From assembly GCA_027593235.1 (NCBI GenBank), contig JAQCIU010000005.1, forward strand, positions 1-64,000: 64,000 nucleotides of DNA, given 5' to 3'. The stretch is from Chloroflexota bacterium (GTDB lineage: Bacteria > Chloroflexota > Dehalococcoidia > UBA2979). Numbering within the stretch: the stretch's first letter is position 1; each line of letters starts with the position of its first letter. Positions 1-9,526 of this stretch are shown one piece after another. The position numbers were made by a program, and so were the translations under genes. The notes under the pieces are model-generated. The model made no database searches. It saw nothing but the letters and a program-made list of their open reading frames with translations, and was not told where the DNA came from.

Positions 1-104
1 CCCACCCTCCGAGACCCAGCGCGCCCAGCGCGCAACCAACGCGCTACAGTGCACCCGCCCCCCACGGCCAAAAGGCGCGAAGCGAACAAAGGAGCCGAAG
101 GCTC

Positions 105-1724
105 ATGCCCGACCCCAACAACCCCAATACAAACCGCCGCCGCAGCCGCTGGATCTTCGCCTACGAAGACGAAGAACCCACCTACGACCAACGCGTCACC
201 GAAGCCGCTCGCCTCTCCGCCGAACTAGGCACCACCCTCACCGCCCCCAAAATCCCCACCCCCGAAGACCTCGACCTCCGCGCCCCCCGCGTCAAAGTCC
301 CCGACTCCATCGCCGACTTCTGCCGCACCGACAACTACGAACGTGCGATGCACACCTACAGCTCCTACGGCCTCAACCGAAACGCCGCCCTCCGAGGCGA
401 ATACCCCAACGTCGTCGACGTCGTCGCCCACCCCCGCACCGACGAAGAGCTGGAGCGCGTCCTCACCTGGGCCAGCGACAACCGCATCGTCGCCATCCCC
501 TACGGCGCCGGCTCATCCGTCGCCGACGGCACCAACCCGCCCGACGGCGCCACCGCCGTCGTCACCATCGACATGGACGAGTTCGACCAGGTCCTCGAAA
601 TCGACGCCACCTCGAGGGCTGCGCGCATCCAGGCCGGCGTCTACGGCCCCCACCTCGAAAGCCAGTTGCGCCTCGCCGGCTTCACGCTGCGCCACTTCCC
701 GCAAAGCTTCGCGCTCAGCACCCTCGGCGGCTGGATCGCCACCCGCTCCGGCGGCCACTACGCCACCAACCACACCCACATCGACGACTTCGTCGAGTCG
801 ACGCGCATGCTCACGCCAAGCGGCTGGTGGGAGTCTCGCCGCCTCCCTGGCAGCGGCGCCGGCACCAGCCCCGACCGCATCGTGATCGGTAGCGAAGGCA
901 TCCTCGGCGTCATCACCGAGGCGTGGATGCGCATCCAGGCGCGCCCCACCTTCCGCGCCACCGCCGGCGTCACCTTCGACACCTGGGAAGCCGGCTACGA
1001 GGCCGTGCGCAACATCGTCCAGGCCAAGCTCTGGCCCGCCAACCTGCGCATCCTCGACCCGCTCCTCGCACAGGGCGGCGCCGGCCTTGACGGCAACACC
1101 ACGCTGCTGATCATCGGCTTCGAATCCGCCGAACTCTCCCAGCGCCAGCCGATGGCCGCAGCGGTCCAGATCGCCCGCGACGCCGGCGGCCACATCCCCG
1201 ACGACGAAATCCTGATCGACGACGGCAGCGGTGAACCCACCGGCCGAGGTGGCGCCGTCGGCGCCTGGCGCGACGCCTTCATCCCCAAGGGCGGCGGACT
1301 CGCCGCCGGCCTCGGCATGGTCGGCGGCACCGTCGAATCCTCAATCACCTGGGACCGCTGGCCCGCCTTCGACCACGCCGTCCGCGAAGCCTTCCGCAAA
1401 GTCCTCGACGAAGAATGCGGCGGCGGCACCGTCAACTGCCGCTTCACCCACGTCTACACCGACGGCCCGGCCCCGTACTACACCTACTCAGGCGCCTACA
1501 AAGGCGGCGACGCCGACGCCCAGGAGCGAGCCATCAAGCACGCCGTCTCCGAAGCCCTCATCGCCAACGGCGGCACCATCACCCACCACCACTCCGTCGG
1601 CCGCCTCCACCGCCCCCAGTACGACAAGCAACGCCCCGACCTCTTCGCCGAAGCAATGCGCGCCGCCAAAAAAGCCGTCGACCCGAACGGCATCCTCAAC
1701 CCCGGAGTCCTGATCGACCCGTAG
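105..1724 (+). CDS. FAD-binding oxidoreductase, alkyl-DHAP synthase (AgpS)/GlcD-like
   Basis: PYGAGSSV, HFPQS, STLGGWIATRSGG, GSEGILGVITE, THHHSVG and DPNGILNPG motifs of the FAD-binding PCMH/oxidase-C family; GGAG RBS upstream. Confidence 0.85.
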   Translation: MPDPNNPNTNRRRSRWIFAYEDEEPTYDQRVTEAARLSAELGTTLTAPKIPTPEDLDLRAPRVKVPDSIADFCRTDNYERAMHTYSSYGLNRNAALRGEYPNVVDVVAHPRTDEELERVLTWASDNRIVAIPYGAGSSVADGTNPPDGATAVVTIDMDEFDQVLEIDATSRAARIQAGVYGPHLESQLRLAGFTLRHFPQSFALSTLGGWIATRSGGHYATNHTHIDDFVESTRMLTPSGWWESRRLPGSGAGTSPDRIVIGSEGILGVITEAWMRIQARPTFRATAGVTFDTWEAGYEAVRNIVQAKLWPANLRILDPLLAQGGAGLDGNTTLLIIGFESAELSQRQPMAAAVQIARDAGGHIPDDEILIDDGSGEPTGRGGAVGAWRDAFIPKGGGLAAGLGMVGGTVESSITWDRWPAFDHAVREAFRKVLDEECGGGTVNCRFTHVYTDGPAPYYTYSGAYKGGDADAQERAIKHAVSEALIANGGTITHHHSVGRLHRPQYDKQRPDLFAEAMRAAKKAVDPNGILNPGVLIDP

Positions 1725-1777
1725 CGAAAAGGCCGGGAGGCCGGATCAGCCAGCGTGTCGGGCGCCGATCCGAGAGG

Positions 1778-2669
1778 TCGTCGGCCTAGCGGTACCAGAA
1801 GCCACGAACTGCAAGCCGCCGGTCGCAGTCTCCTGTGCCCACCGAATCCACCGAGGCTGGCTCGCCGCCACCGAGGACGAAGAAGGCCAACGGCCCTCGG
1901 CTTGGACGGGCCATGCGGACACCCCTCGCGCGGAGCGCGGTCCAGACAACGGAGCCGTGCGGGGGTGTCGGGGGCCTCGCCCGCAGAGCGATCGAAGAGA
2001 AGCGTGCCCCCGACGAACGAACCGTCACCCGAGGCTCGTGCGCTGCACACCGTCAGCCGCCCACCTCGCACTCCCACACGCTCGTCATCCAGCTCGAAAT
2101 CGTCGGCCTAGCATTACCTGAACTCACGACCTGCAAGCCGCCGCCCGCAGTCTCAACGCCCCGCCGAGCACTCCCAAACCCTGCCCTCCCGCGACCGAGG
2201 GCGCCGACGACCGCGGTGATCTCGGGTTGGGAGGGGTTGTAGGGGACAAGGCTGTCCCCTGCCGGGGGGTCGCAGGGGGGCGGAGCCACCCTGATCCCAG
2301 CCCGACCTCAACACCCCTCGCGGTGCAAACCGATCGCCGCCCCAACGCAAAATCGGCGCGTACTCTCCAACCGCCGACACCACGGCAGCCTCGGAGGAAC
2401 CTCAACGTCCCGCGCGCAGCGCGAAAAGCACCTCGCCGAGCACCCCCAAACCCTGCCCTCCCGCGACCGAGGACACCGACGACCGCCGTGATCTCGGGTT
2501 GGGAGGGGTCGCAGGGGGGCGGAGCCACCCTGATCCCAACCCGACCTCAACAGTCCTCGCGGTGCATACCGATCCCCGCCCCAACGCAAGATCGGCGCGT
2601 ACTCTCCAACCGCCGAGCACCGCGGTAGGCTCCGACGAACCTCAACGCCCCCGCGCGCAGCGCGAAAAG
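1778..2669. repeat. Non-coding array of degenerate hairpin-containing (REP-like) repeats
   Basis: 55-bp direct repeat at 1778-1832 and 2100-2154 (47/55 identical by hand); ~240-270-bp tandem duplication at 2162-2433 and 2434-2669; GC-rich inverted repeats in each unit. Confidence 0.9.
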
Positions 2670-2678
2670 GACCCCACC

Positions 2679-3473
2679 GTGCCCTACGAAACCATCCTCG
2701 TCACCCGCGAAAACCACATCACCACCGTCACCCTCAACCGCCCCGACAAACTCAACGCCCTCAACATGCAAATGGCCGAGGAACTCCACGACGCCCTCGC
2801 GATCGAGGACCAGACCGACGACACCCGCGTCATCGTCATCACCGGCCAGGGCCGCGGCTTCAGCTCCGGCGCCGACCTGACGCCAGCCACCACCGCCACC
2901 ACCGAGGGTGCCCCGCAACCTCCGAGGCCATCCAACGCCCCGTCCCTCGCCGACGCCACATTCGCGGCGCTCCAGATCGAGAAGCCAATCATCGCCTCGA
3001 TCAACGGCGTCGCCGTCGGCGGCGGCCTCACGCTCACGCTCTCCTGCGACATCCGCATCGCCTCGGAGAACGCGCGCTTCCAGCTCCCCTTCACCAAGCT
3101 CAGCATCAGCGCCGAACTCGGCTCCACCTACCTCCTCCCCCGCCTCGTCGGCTGGGGGAAGGCGATGGAGCTGATCCTCACCTCGCGCATGATCGACGCC
3201 GCCGAGGCCGGGGCGATCGGCCTCGTCAACCACGTCGTCCCCGCCGACGAGCTGGCGGACAAGACCGCCGAGTTCGCCGCCATCCTCGCCGCGCTCCCGC
3301 CAATGGCCGTTCGCCTGAACAAGAAGGGCGTCCGCCTCGGCATGGGCTCCGAGCTCGAGGCCCAGCGACGCTACGAGGAACTCGCCGCCGCTACCCTCCG
3401 TCAGACCGACGACGCGAAAGAAGCCCGCCTCGCCTTCCAGCAAAAGCGCGACGCCGTCTTCACCGGTCGCTAG
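2679..3473 (+). CDS. Enoyl-CoA hydratase/isomerase (crotonase) family, PaaG-like
   Basis: TLNRPDKLNAL, FSSGADL, KPIIASINGVAVGGG motifs; GTG start at 2679 chosen because the upstream ORF part is repeat DNA. Confidence 0.9.
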   Translation: MPYETILVTRENHITTVTLNRPDKLNALNMQMAEELHDALAIEDQTDDTRVIVITGQGRGFSSGADLTPATTATTEGAPQPPRPSNAPSLADATFAALQIEKPIIASINGVAVGGGLTLTLSCDIRIASENARFQLPFTKLSISAELGSTYLLPRLVGWGKAMELILTSRMIDAAEAGAIGLVNHVVPADELADKTAEFAAILAALPPMAVRLNKKGVRLGMGSELEAQRRYEELAAATLRQTDDAKEARLAFQQKRDAVFTGR

Positions 3474-3647
3474 CGGTCGCCACCCCCGAGGCCATAGGTG
3501 TTGACCGTCTGTCGACATGATCGGGTGGAGCGCCTCGGTTCAGCCCCATCGCGCAGTTACCATTTCCGCAGGTGACCACCACGGTGATCGGCAGCCAAAC
3601 GCGCGCCGAGGGCGAGACCGGGTACCTCGGGAAGCGGGCAGCCTGCA

Positions 3648-4859
3648 GTGACGACCGAGCTGATGAGTAACACCGCGCCGCTCGCCTGGGATTCCGCGCC
3701 GCGACCCGGCGTCTTTTCGAGCGAGATGCTGCGGAGCGCCGTCGCGTCCGGCCTGATCGTCGCCCCGAAAAGCGACCCCATCGAGGACGCGCAGTACCAG
3801 CCGGCCAGCCTCGATCTCCGCCTCGGCAGTACCGCCTACCGGCTGCGCAGCAGCTTCCTGCCCGGCGCCGGATCGACCGTGCAGCAGCGCCTCGGCGATC
3901 TGCAGATGGGTCCGGCGCTGAAGCTCGACGATCCCGCCGGCGTCGTGCTGGAGCGCGGTCGCCCCTACCTCATCCCGCTGGTCGAACGCCTCGATCTGCC
4001 CGCCCACATCCGAGGTCGCACCAACCCGCGCAGCTCGACCGGACGGCTCGACATCTTCACGCGCGTCATCACGGACAACGGCGCGCAGTTCGACGAGATC
4101 CGCCCCGGCTACTCCGGGCGCCTCTGGCTCGAGGTGTACTCCACCAGCTTCACCGTCAGCGTCCGGCGCGGGCTCGCCCTCGCCCAGCTCCGCCTCAGCG
4201 AGGGCGACCAGTCCCTCTCGACCACCGAGGTGCGCGCGCTACACGACGAGGGCGGCCTGATCTACGAGGACGTCGGGCAGCAACGGCGGCGCGTCGAGGA
4301 GCCCTCGATCAGCGGGGGCGGGCTCTTCCTCAGCGTGCACCTGCCGCAGAACGGCCTCGTCGGTTGGCAGGCGCGACGGGACAGTCCGCTGCTCGATTTG
4401 ATGGTCGAGAACAAGTACGCGCCGCTCGACTTCTGGGAGCCCGTGACCGCCGAGCGCGGCGGGCGGCTCGTGCTGCACCCGGAGCACTTCTACCTGCTCA
4501 TCTCCCGCGAGTACGCCGTGATCCCACCCGGCGTCGCCTCCGAGATGGTCGCCTACGACCCGACCAGCGGTGAGCTGCGAACCCACTACGCCGGGTTCTT
4601 CGATCCCGGCTTCGGCGTGAAGCCGCCCGGCGCGCTCTCCGGCACCCGCGCGGTCCTCGAGGTGCGCGCACACGACGTGCCGTTCATGCTCGAGGACGCG
4701 CAGCCGGTCGCCCGCCTCGCCTACGAACGGATGGCGGCGGAGCCGCAGCGGCTCTACGGCCAGTCCGCCGCCGGCTCCCACTTCCAGAACCAGGGCGTCG
4801 CGCTCAGCCGCCAGTTCGGCCCGGTCGAGTTCCGCACCAGCTTCCCCACGATGAGCTAG
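3648..4859 (+). CDS. dcd: 2'-deoxycytidine 5'-triphosphate deaminase (long, duplicated DCD type)
   Basis: QPASLDLRLG, NPRSSTGRLDIFTR, ELRTHYAGFFDPGFG and AVLEVRAHDVPF motifs. Confidence 0.88.
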   Translation: MTTELMSNTAPLAWDSAPRPGVFSSEMLRSAVASGLIVAPKSDPIEDAQYQPASLDLRLGSTAYRLRSSFLPGAGSTVQQRLGDLQMGPALKLDDPAGVVLERGRPYLIPLVERLDLPAHIRGRTNPRSSTGRLDIFTRVITDNGAQFDEIRPGYSGRLWLEVYSTSFTVSVRRGLALAQLRLSEGDQSLSTTEVRALHDEGGLIYEDVGQQRRRVEEPSISGGGLFLSVHLPQNGLVGWQARRDSPLLDLMVENKYAPLDFWEPVTAERGGRLVLHPEHFYLLISREYAVIPPGVASEMVAYDPTSGELRTHYAGFFDPGFGVKPPGALSGTRAVLEVRAHDVPFMLEDAQPVARLAYERMAAEPQRLYGQSAAGSHFQNQGVALSRQFGPVEFRTSFPTMS

Positions 4860-4895
4860 CCGGCCCCGCCGAACCACCGCCCCGCCGCGACCGAC

Positions 4896-6305
4896 CTACG
4901 AGCTGGCCACGTACTCGGCCGCCCTCGGCAGCCGCCGCGTGACCACGAGGCCCATGAGACTGGCCAGCGCCATCGATCCGAACCCGACCGCCAGCGCCTC
5001 GCGCTGCCAGCCGCCGGCTTCGCCGGCCGCGACAAGTGCGCCGACCAGCCCCGTGCCCAGCGCCGCGCCGAGGACCTCGTTGAGCTTCATCGCCGCACTC
5101 GCCGTGCCCTCTCCGCCCGGGACCGCGGCCCGCAGCACGCTGAGCGAGAAGCAGGGATACGCGACGCCGATCCCGAGCCCGGCGATCCCCCACGCGAATA
5201 CCGTCCACGCGATCGGCACATCGTCGATCAGCGTCACCGCAACCGCGACGACCCCGACCGCCAGCGTCGCAAGGCCCCACGCCGCGAGGACGCGTACCTC
5301 GAAGCGGGGCACGTATCGATCGACGATCCACGTCCCGCTGGTCCAGCTCAGCGTCGACGAGGTGACGACCAGCCCCGCCGTGATCGTCGAGTAGCCCCGT
5401 ACGTCAGTGACCATGAACGGCACGAACGCCGCCGCACCGAAGAAGGTCATGTTGAGCAACCCCATCCCGAGGATGCTCGCCGGCAGCCCGTGTGCCGCGG
5501 TCAGCGTCCCAGCCGGCAGCAGCCGCCGCAGCGCCGGTGCCGCCACCAGCACGCCGAGGATGATCGCGCCGGTCGCCCACCACGGGTTCCCGCTGTTGAT
5601 CCCCCCGAGGATCAGCGCGACGCCTAGGGAGAGCTGGATCGCGCGCGGCACGGCGCGTGCCACGCGACCGCCCTCGTCGGCGTGCTTGGCCGCGGGGACG
5701 GCCCGCATCGCCGGGATCACCATCGCACCGGCGATCGCGAGCAGCGGCAGCAGGCCGGCAAAAACGAAGCGCCAGTGGACGTACTCGGCGACCGCTCCGG
5801 CCACGCCCGGCCCGGCGAGCCCGGGGATCACCCAGGCGCTGGACATCAGCGCGAACAGCCGCGGACGTTGCTGCTCGTCGTACCCGCGCGCGATCACCAC
5901 ATACACGATCGCCGGGATCACCCCCGCGCCCAGCCCCTGTACGCAGCGACCGAGGACCACGACCCACATCTCCGGTGCCAGCGACGCAATCACGAGGCCC
6001 GCCCCCAGCAGGATCAACCCCGTGACGAACGGACGCACCACGCCGCCTCGGTCGCTGGTCACACCCGCCCAGGTGATGCCGATCAGGCTCGTCAGCAGGA
6101 AGCCGCTGAACGCCCACCCGTAGATGCGCACGCCGCCGAGGTCCTCCTCGACCGCCGGCATCACCGTCGAAACCGCGAGCGCCTCAAAGGCGACCAGCGT
6201 CACGACCAGCACCAGGCCGATCGTCATCGTCCGGAACTCGCTGTCGAAGACGGAGGTCGCGCGCTCGCTCGGATCGGCCTGCGACCTGGTAGTGACTTCT
6301 GGCAT
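4896..6305 (-). CDS. MFS transporter, DHA2-like (14 TM) efflux family
   Basis: Hydrophobic helices, AFEALAVSTVMP, GRCVQGLGAG; start 6305 supported by CATCCT-N6-ATG. Confidence 0.85.
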   Translation of the reverse strand: MPEVTTRSQADPSERATSVFDSEFRTMTIGLVLVVTLVAFEALAVSTVMPAVEEDLGGVRIYGWAFSGFLLTSLIGITWAGVTSDRGGVVRPFVTGLILLGAGLVIASLAPEMWVVVLGRCVQGLGAGVIPAIVYVVIARGYDEQQRPRLFALMSSAWVIPGLAGPGVAGAVAEYVHWRFVFAGLLPLLAIAGAMVIPAMRAVPAAKHADEGGRVARAVPRAIQLSLGVALILGGINSGNPWWATGAIILGVLVAAPALRRLLPAGTLTAAHGLPASILGMGLLNMTFFGAAAFVPFMVTDVRGYSTITAGLVVTSSTLSWTSGTWIVDRYVPRFEVRVLAAWGLATLAVGVVAVAVTLIDDVPIAWTVFAWGIAGLGIGVAYPCFSLSVLRAAVPGGEGTASAAMKLNEVLGAALGTGLVGALVAAGEAGGWQREALAVGFGSMALASLMGLVVTRRLPRAAEYVASS

Positions 6306-6449
6306 CACCATAGGATGCGGCGACGGCGTCCCCGGGGACACTGTCCAACTGGACCTAGAACCCCGCCACGACGTGCCGACGAGACGTGTCGGTCCGCCAA
6401 CCAGCTACGCTTCGTCGTCGTTGCACCCGCATCGCCAGAGGAGCCCGCC

Positions 6450-7394
6450 ATGCCCATCGATGTCATTCTCGACGTGGACACCGGCGTCGATGACGCCCTC
6501 GCGCTCCTCCTCGCCGCCCGCTCCCCCGCCCTCAACGTGCTCGGCGTGAGCTGCGTGCACGGCAACGTCGAACTGGAGCATGTCGTCCCGAACACGCTGA
6601 ACGTCCTCGCGGCCGCCGGGCGCGGCGATGTCCCGGTCGCCGCCGGCATGAACCAGCCGCTCGTCGAGCCACCCCGTCACGCCCGCGGCGTGCACGGGGA
6701 TAACGGCCTCGGCGGCCTCGTGCTGCCAACCGCGCAACGTCAGCGCGAACGCGAGCACGCCGTGGCGTTCCTCCGCCGCACCATCCTCGAGGCCGAACGA
6801 CCGATCACCATCGTCCCCCTCGCACCGATGACCAACATCGCGACACTGCTGACCGATCACCCCGAGGTCCACGCGGGCATCGAGCGCATCGTCTTCATGG
6901 GCGGCGCGATCGGAATGGGCAACGCCTCGGCCGCCAGCGAGTTCAACGTCCGCCAGGATCCCGAAGCCGCCGATATCGTCGTCCAGAGCGGCATCCCCAC
7001 CCTGATGTACGGCCTGGAGGTCTTCCGTCAGGTCCAGCTCACCCGCGCGGAGGCGGAAGCGCTCGCGGCATCGGACGCCCCGGCCGCACAGCTCGCGGGC
7101 CGCCTGCTGCTCTCCAGGATGGACGCGTTCGGTCGTGACACCGCCGGACTCGGTGACGCCGGCTGCGTCGCCAGCGTCATCGACCCGGGCGCGCTGACCA
7201 CCTCGAACCACCCGGTCCGCGTCGAACTGGCTGGCACCTGGACCCGTGGCGAGACAGTCGTCGATCAGCGCCCCCACCACACCTCCAGCCGCGAAGAGCC
7301 GTGGCAACCCAGCATGAACACCGCCATCGACGTCGCCACGGACGTCGATCATCAGCGCTACAGCCAGTTGTTCCGGGAGGCCGTCAGCTCCTGA
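6450..7394 (+). CDS. Inosine/uridine-preferring nucleoside hydrolase
   Basis: DVDTGVDDA N-terminal motif, VHGDNGLG, LAPMTNIA, SEFNVRQDPEAA; GAGGAG RBS. Confidence 0.92.
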   Translation: MPIDVILDVDTGVDDALALLLAARSPALNVLGVSCVHGNVELEHVVPNTLNVLAAAGRGDVPVAAGMNQPLVEPPRHARGVHGDNGLGGLVLPTAQRQREREHAVAFLRRTILEAERPITIVPLAPMTNIATLLTDHPEVHAGIERIVFMGGAIGMGNASAASEFNVRQDPEAADIVVQSGIPTLMYGLEVFRQVQLTRAEAEALAASDAPAAQLAGRLLLSRMDAFGRDTAGLGDAGCVASVIDPGALTTSNHPVRVELAGTWTRGETVVDQRPHHTSSREEPWQPSMNTAIDVATDVDHQRYSQLFREAVSS

Positions 7395-7453
7395 CCCTCT
7401 CCCGCCGCGCGGCGAGACGGTCGAGGCCTTTCGCCTGTTGGTACCCTTCGCTC

Positions 7454-7597
7454 ATGGAAAAGAACACATCAGTCCGACCGATCGGAATCGTTGCGATTGC
7501 GCTCCGCGCGACCAACGCATCAAAGCCCGTCGTCATCGGTGCCTGGATCGCCTCGGCCGCTGGACTCGCCGCTGGCCTCGCGCTCCTGCTGCGTTAG
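7454..7597 (+). CDS. Small (47 aa) predicted membrane protein
   Basis: ATG preceded by TG-G-TACCCT-N6; hydrophobic C-terminus VVIGAWIASAAGLAAGLALLLR; fills the intergenic gap. Confidence 0.5.
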   Translation: MEKNTSVRPIGIVAIALRATNASKPVVIGAWIASAAGLAAGLALLLR

Positions 7598-7620
7598 ACG
7601 CGCTGCGCGATCGATTCGAT

Positions 7621-8895
7621 TCACGGAGCCGGCGCGACCGCCTCGCGCGCCGTCGGCACACCCGGCTGCCGCAACATCGGCCACACCGCCCCAACCACCG
7701 CAAGCATCACGATCCCCTCGAGGACCACGATCGTCAGCGCCGTCTGCTCGCCAAACGCGGCGACCAGCGGACCCACCTGCAACGCCCCCAGTGGCCCCGC
7801 CCCGATCGCCAGTGACAGCACGCCCAGCACCCGCCCACGCATCGCGGGGGCGGATGCGCGGATCAGGATCGTCGTCTGCATCGTCGCGAAGGACGAGAAG
7901 CCGAACCCCGCCGTGAACAGCAGCGCCGAGGACACCAGGTACACCGAGGACTGCGAGAAGCCGAGCGCGCAGGCGAGGAACAGACCGGTCCCGAAGTAGT
8001 AAATGCGCGCGTACGAACGGGCGGTCGCCCGGTTCGCGATCCAGAGCGCGGCGAACACGGCGCCCAGACCCTCCGTGGCGCTCATCAGACCGACTCGGAA
8101 CGGATCCGCACCCAGCACGTCCTTACCGATCACGGGGATCATGCTCTGATACGTCGGGAAGACGATGTTGAAGACGACCGTCACCATCAGCGCGCCGATC
8201 AACAGGCGGCTCGTGCGCACGTAGCGGAGCCCGCCGGCGAAATGCTGAAGCAAGCCGCTGTGGTCGTCCACGTCCCGGCCGATCGCCGTGTAGCGCAACG
8301 TGGACGCGACGAGCGCCGCCACCAGGAACACGCATCCCATCAGCAGATAGGCGCCCTCTGCGCCCACGGTGACGAATAACCCGCCGCCGAGCGCCGGGCC
8401 GGCCATCCGGTTCAGCGAGTCGGTCGTCCAGTCGATGCTGATCGCCGGCGCGATCGCCTCGTCCGGAACGACATCGGCGATCAGCGCACGGCGCACCGGG
8501 AACTCGGTCGCCCAGAACGTACCCATCGCGAACACGGCCACCAGGATGTGCCAGTAGACAACCTCGCCGCTGGCGATCAGCGCCCCGAGCGTCGCGGACG
8601 CGCTACCCAGCCCCAGCAGCGCGACCACCCAGAGGTGTTTGCGGTTCACCCGATCCGCGAGCGTCCCCAGCGCGACCCCGAAAAACAGCCGCGGCAGCAT
8701 CCGCACCATGATGACGATCGCCACGCGGCCCGCTGAGTCGGTCAGGTCGAACGTGAAGACGCCAAGCACCAGCAGATCGAGCCAGCGCATCATCGAGGTG
8801 AAGATGCCTGCCGCCCAGATCCGTCGAAACTGCGAGTTCCGCAGCACCGAGCGCAGGTCCGCGTCCTCGGTAGGCGGTGTCGTCGTCTGTGACAT
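7621..8895 (-). CDS. MFS transporter (MFS_3/EntS-like)
   Basis: LRNSQFRRIW start, GTLADRVNRK motif A, PAMRGRVLG; TATACT upstream of ATG 8895. Confidence 0.85.
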   Translation of the reverse strand: MSQTTTPPTEDADLRSVLRNSQFRRIWAAGIFTSMMRWLDLLVLGVFTFDLTDSAGRVAIVIMVRMLPRLFFGVALGTLADRVNRKHLWVVALLGLGSASATLGALIASGEVVYWHILVAVFAMGTFWATEFPVRRALIADVVPDEAIAPAISIDWTTDSLNRMAGPALGGGLFVTVGAEGAYLLMGCVFLVAALVASTLRYTAIGRDVDDHSGLLQHFAGGLRYVRTSRLLIGALMVTVVFNIVFPTYQSMIPVIGKDVLGADPFRVGLMSATEGLGAVFAALWIANRATARSYARIYYFGTGLFLACALGFSQSSVYLVSSALLFTAGFGFSSFATMQTTILIRASAPAMRGRVLGVLSLAIGAGPLGALQVGPLVAAFGEQTALTIVVLEGIVMLAVVGAVWPMLRQPGVPTAREAVAPAP

Positions 8896-8970
8896 CTGTT
8901 GCCGGAGTATATCCGCGCTCACGAACTCCGGTGGCGTCGGCGGCCCGGATTCCCCGGGCGCCAACCCCAC

Positions 8971-9375
8971 TTAATGATTCATCCGCTGATGCCCCTTCGG
9001 CACCACCGTCGTCCCCACCGCGCGCAGCGTCTGGATCGGCTCGGCGAGGAACTCCGCCGCCGATTCGCTGACATCGAGGCGAGCCGTCCCGACCTTCCAG
9101 ATCTCGAACTCGCACTTCCGACTCGTCGCACCCACCTCGACGATCGTCCCGCGCGCCTCGATCCAGTCACCGGCGAACAGCGGCGCCAGGAACTCCACCG
9201 ACTCATAGGCCCGCAACAGCCCCTCGTCGCCGTCGTAGCGCATCGCCAGCTCCGTCGCCAGGTCGCCCAGGATCTCCATCTGCCGCCCACCCGCGACCAG
9301 GTTGCCTCCGTAGTGAGCGTCTTCCTGACCCAGGCGGAGCCGCATCAGCGCGGTCGGTAGTGGTTGATCGGTCAT
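8971..9375 (-). CDS. kal: 3-aminobutyryl-CoA/beta-alanyl-CoA ammonia-lyase, hotdog fold
   Basis: [40 protein letters not shown] closely follow Kal as I recall it. Confidence 0.8.
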   Translation of the reverse strand: MTDQPLPTALMRLRLGQEDAHYGGNLVAGGRQMEILGDLATELAMRYDGDEGLLRAYESVEFLAPLFAGDWIEARGTIVEVGATSRKCEFEIWKVGTARLDVSESAAEFLAEPIQTLRAVGTTVVPKGHQRMNH

Positions 9376-9526
9376 CGCGTCGTCCCCGTCTCCTGCCCGA
9401 ACCTCCGGGCGCTCCCAGCATGATCGCCGCCCCAGCGGATCCCTGCACGAACGAGCGGGGCGCGTCCCGGCTGGCGGCGTTACGCTCTCCGCGCCGCGGA
9501 TGCGGTAGCACCCCAAGGGACCCCAC

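Noticed and set aside
1746-2628. Many short overlapping ORFs, and a possible CRISPR reading of the repeats
   Set aside because: Low-complexity Arg/Pro/Gly translations of repeat DNA; repeats are long and degenerate with no unique spacers and no cas genes
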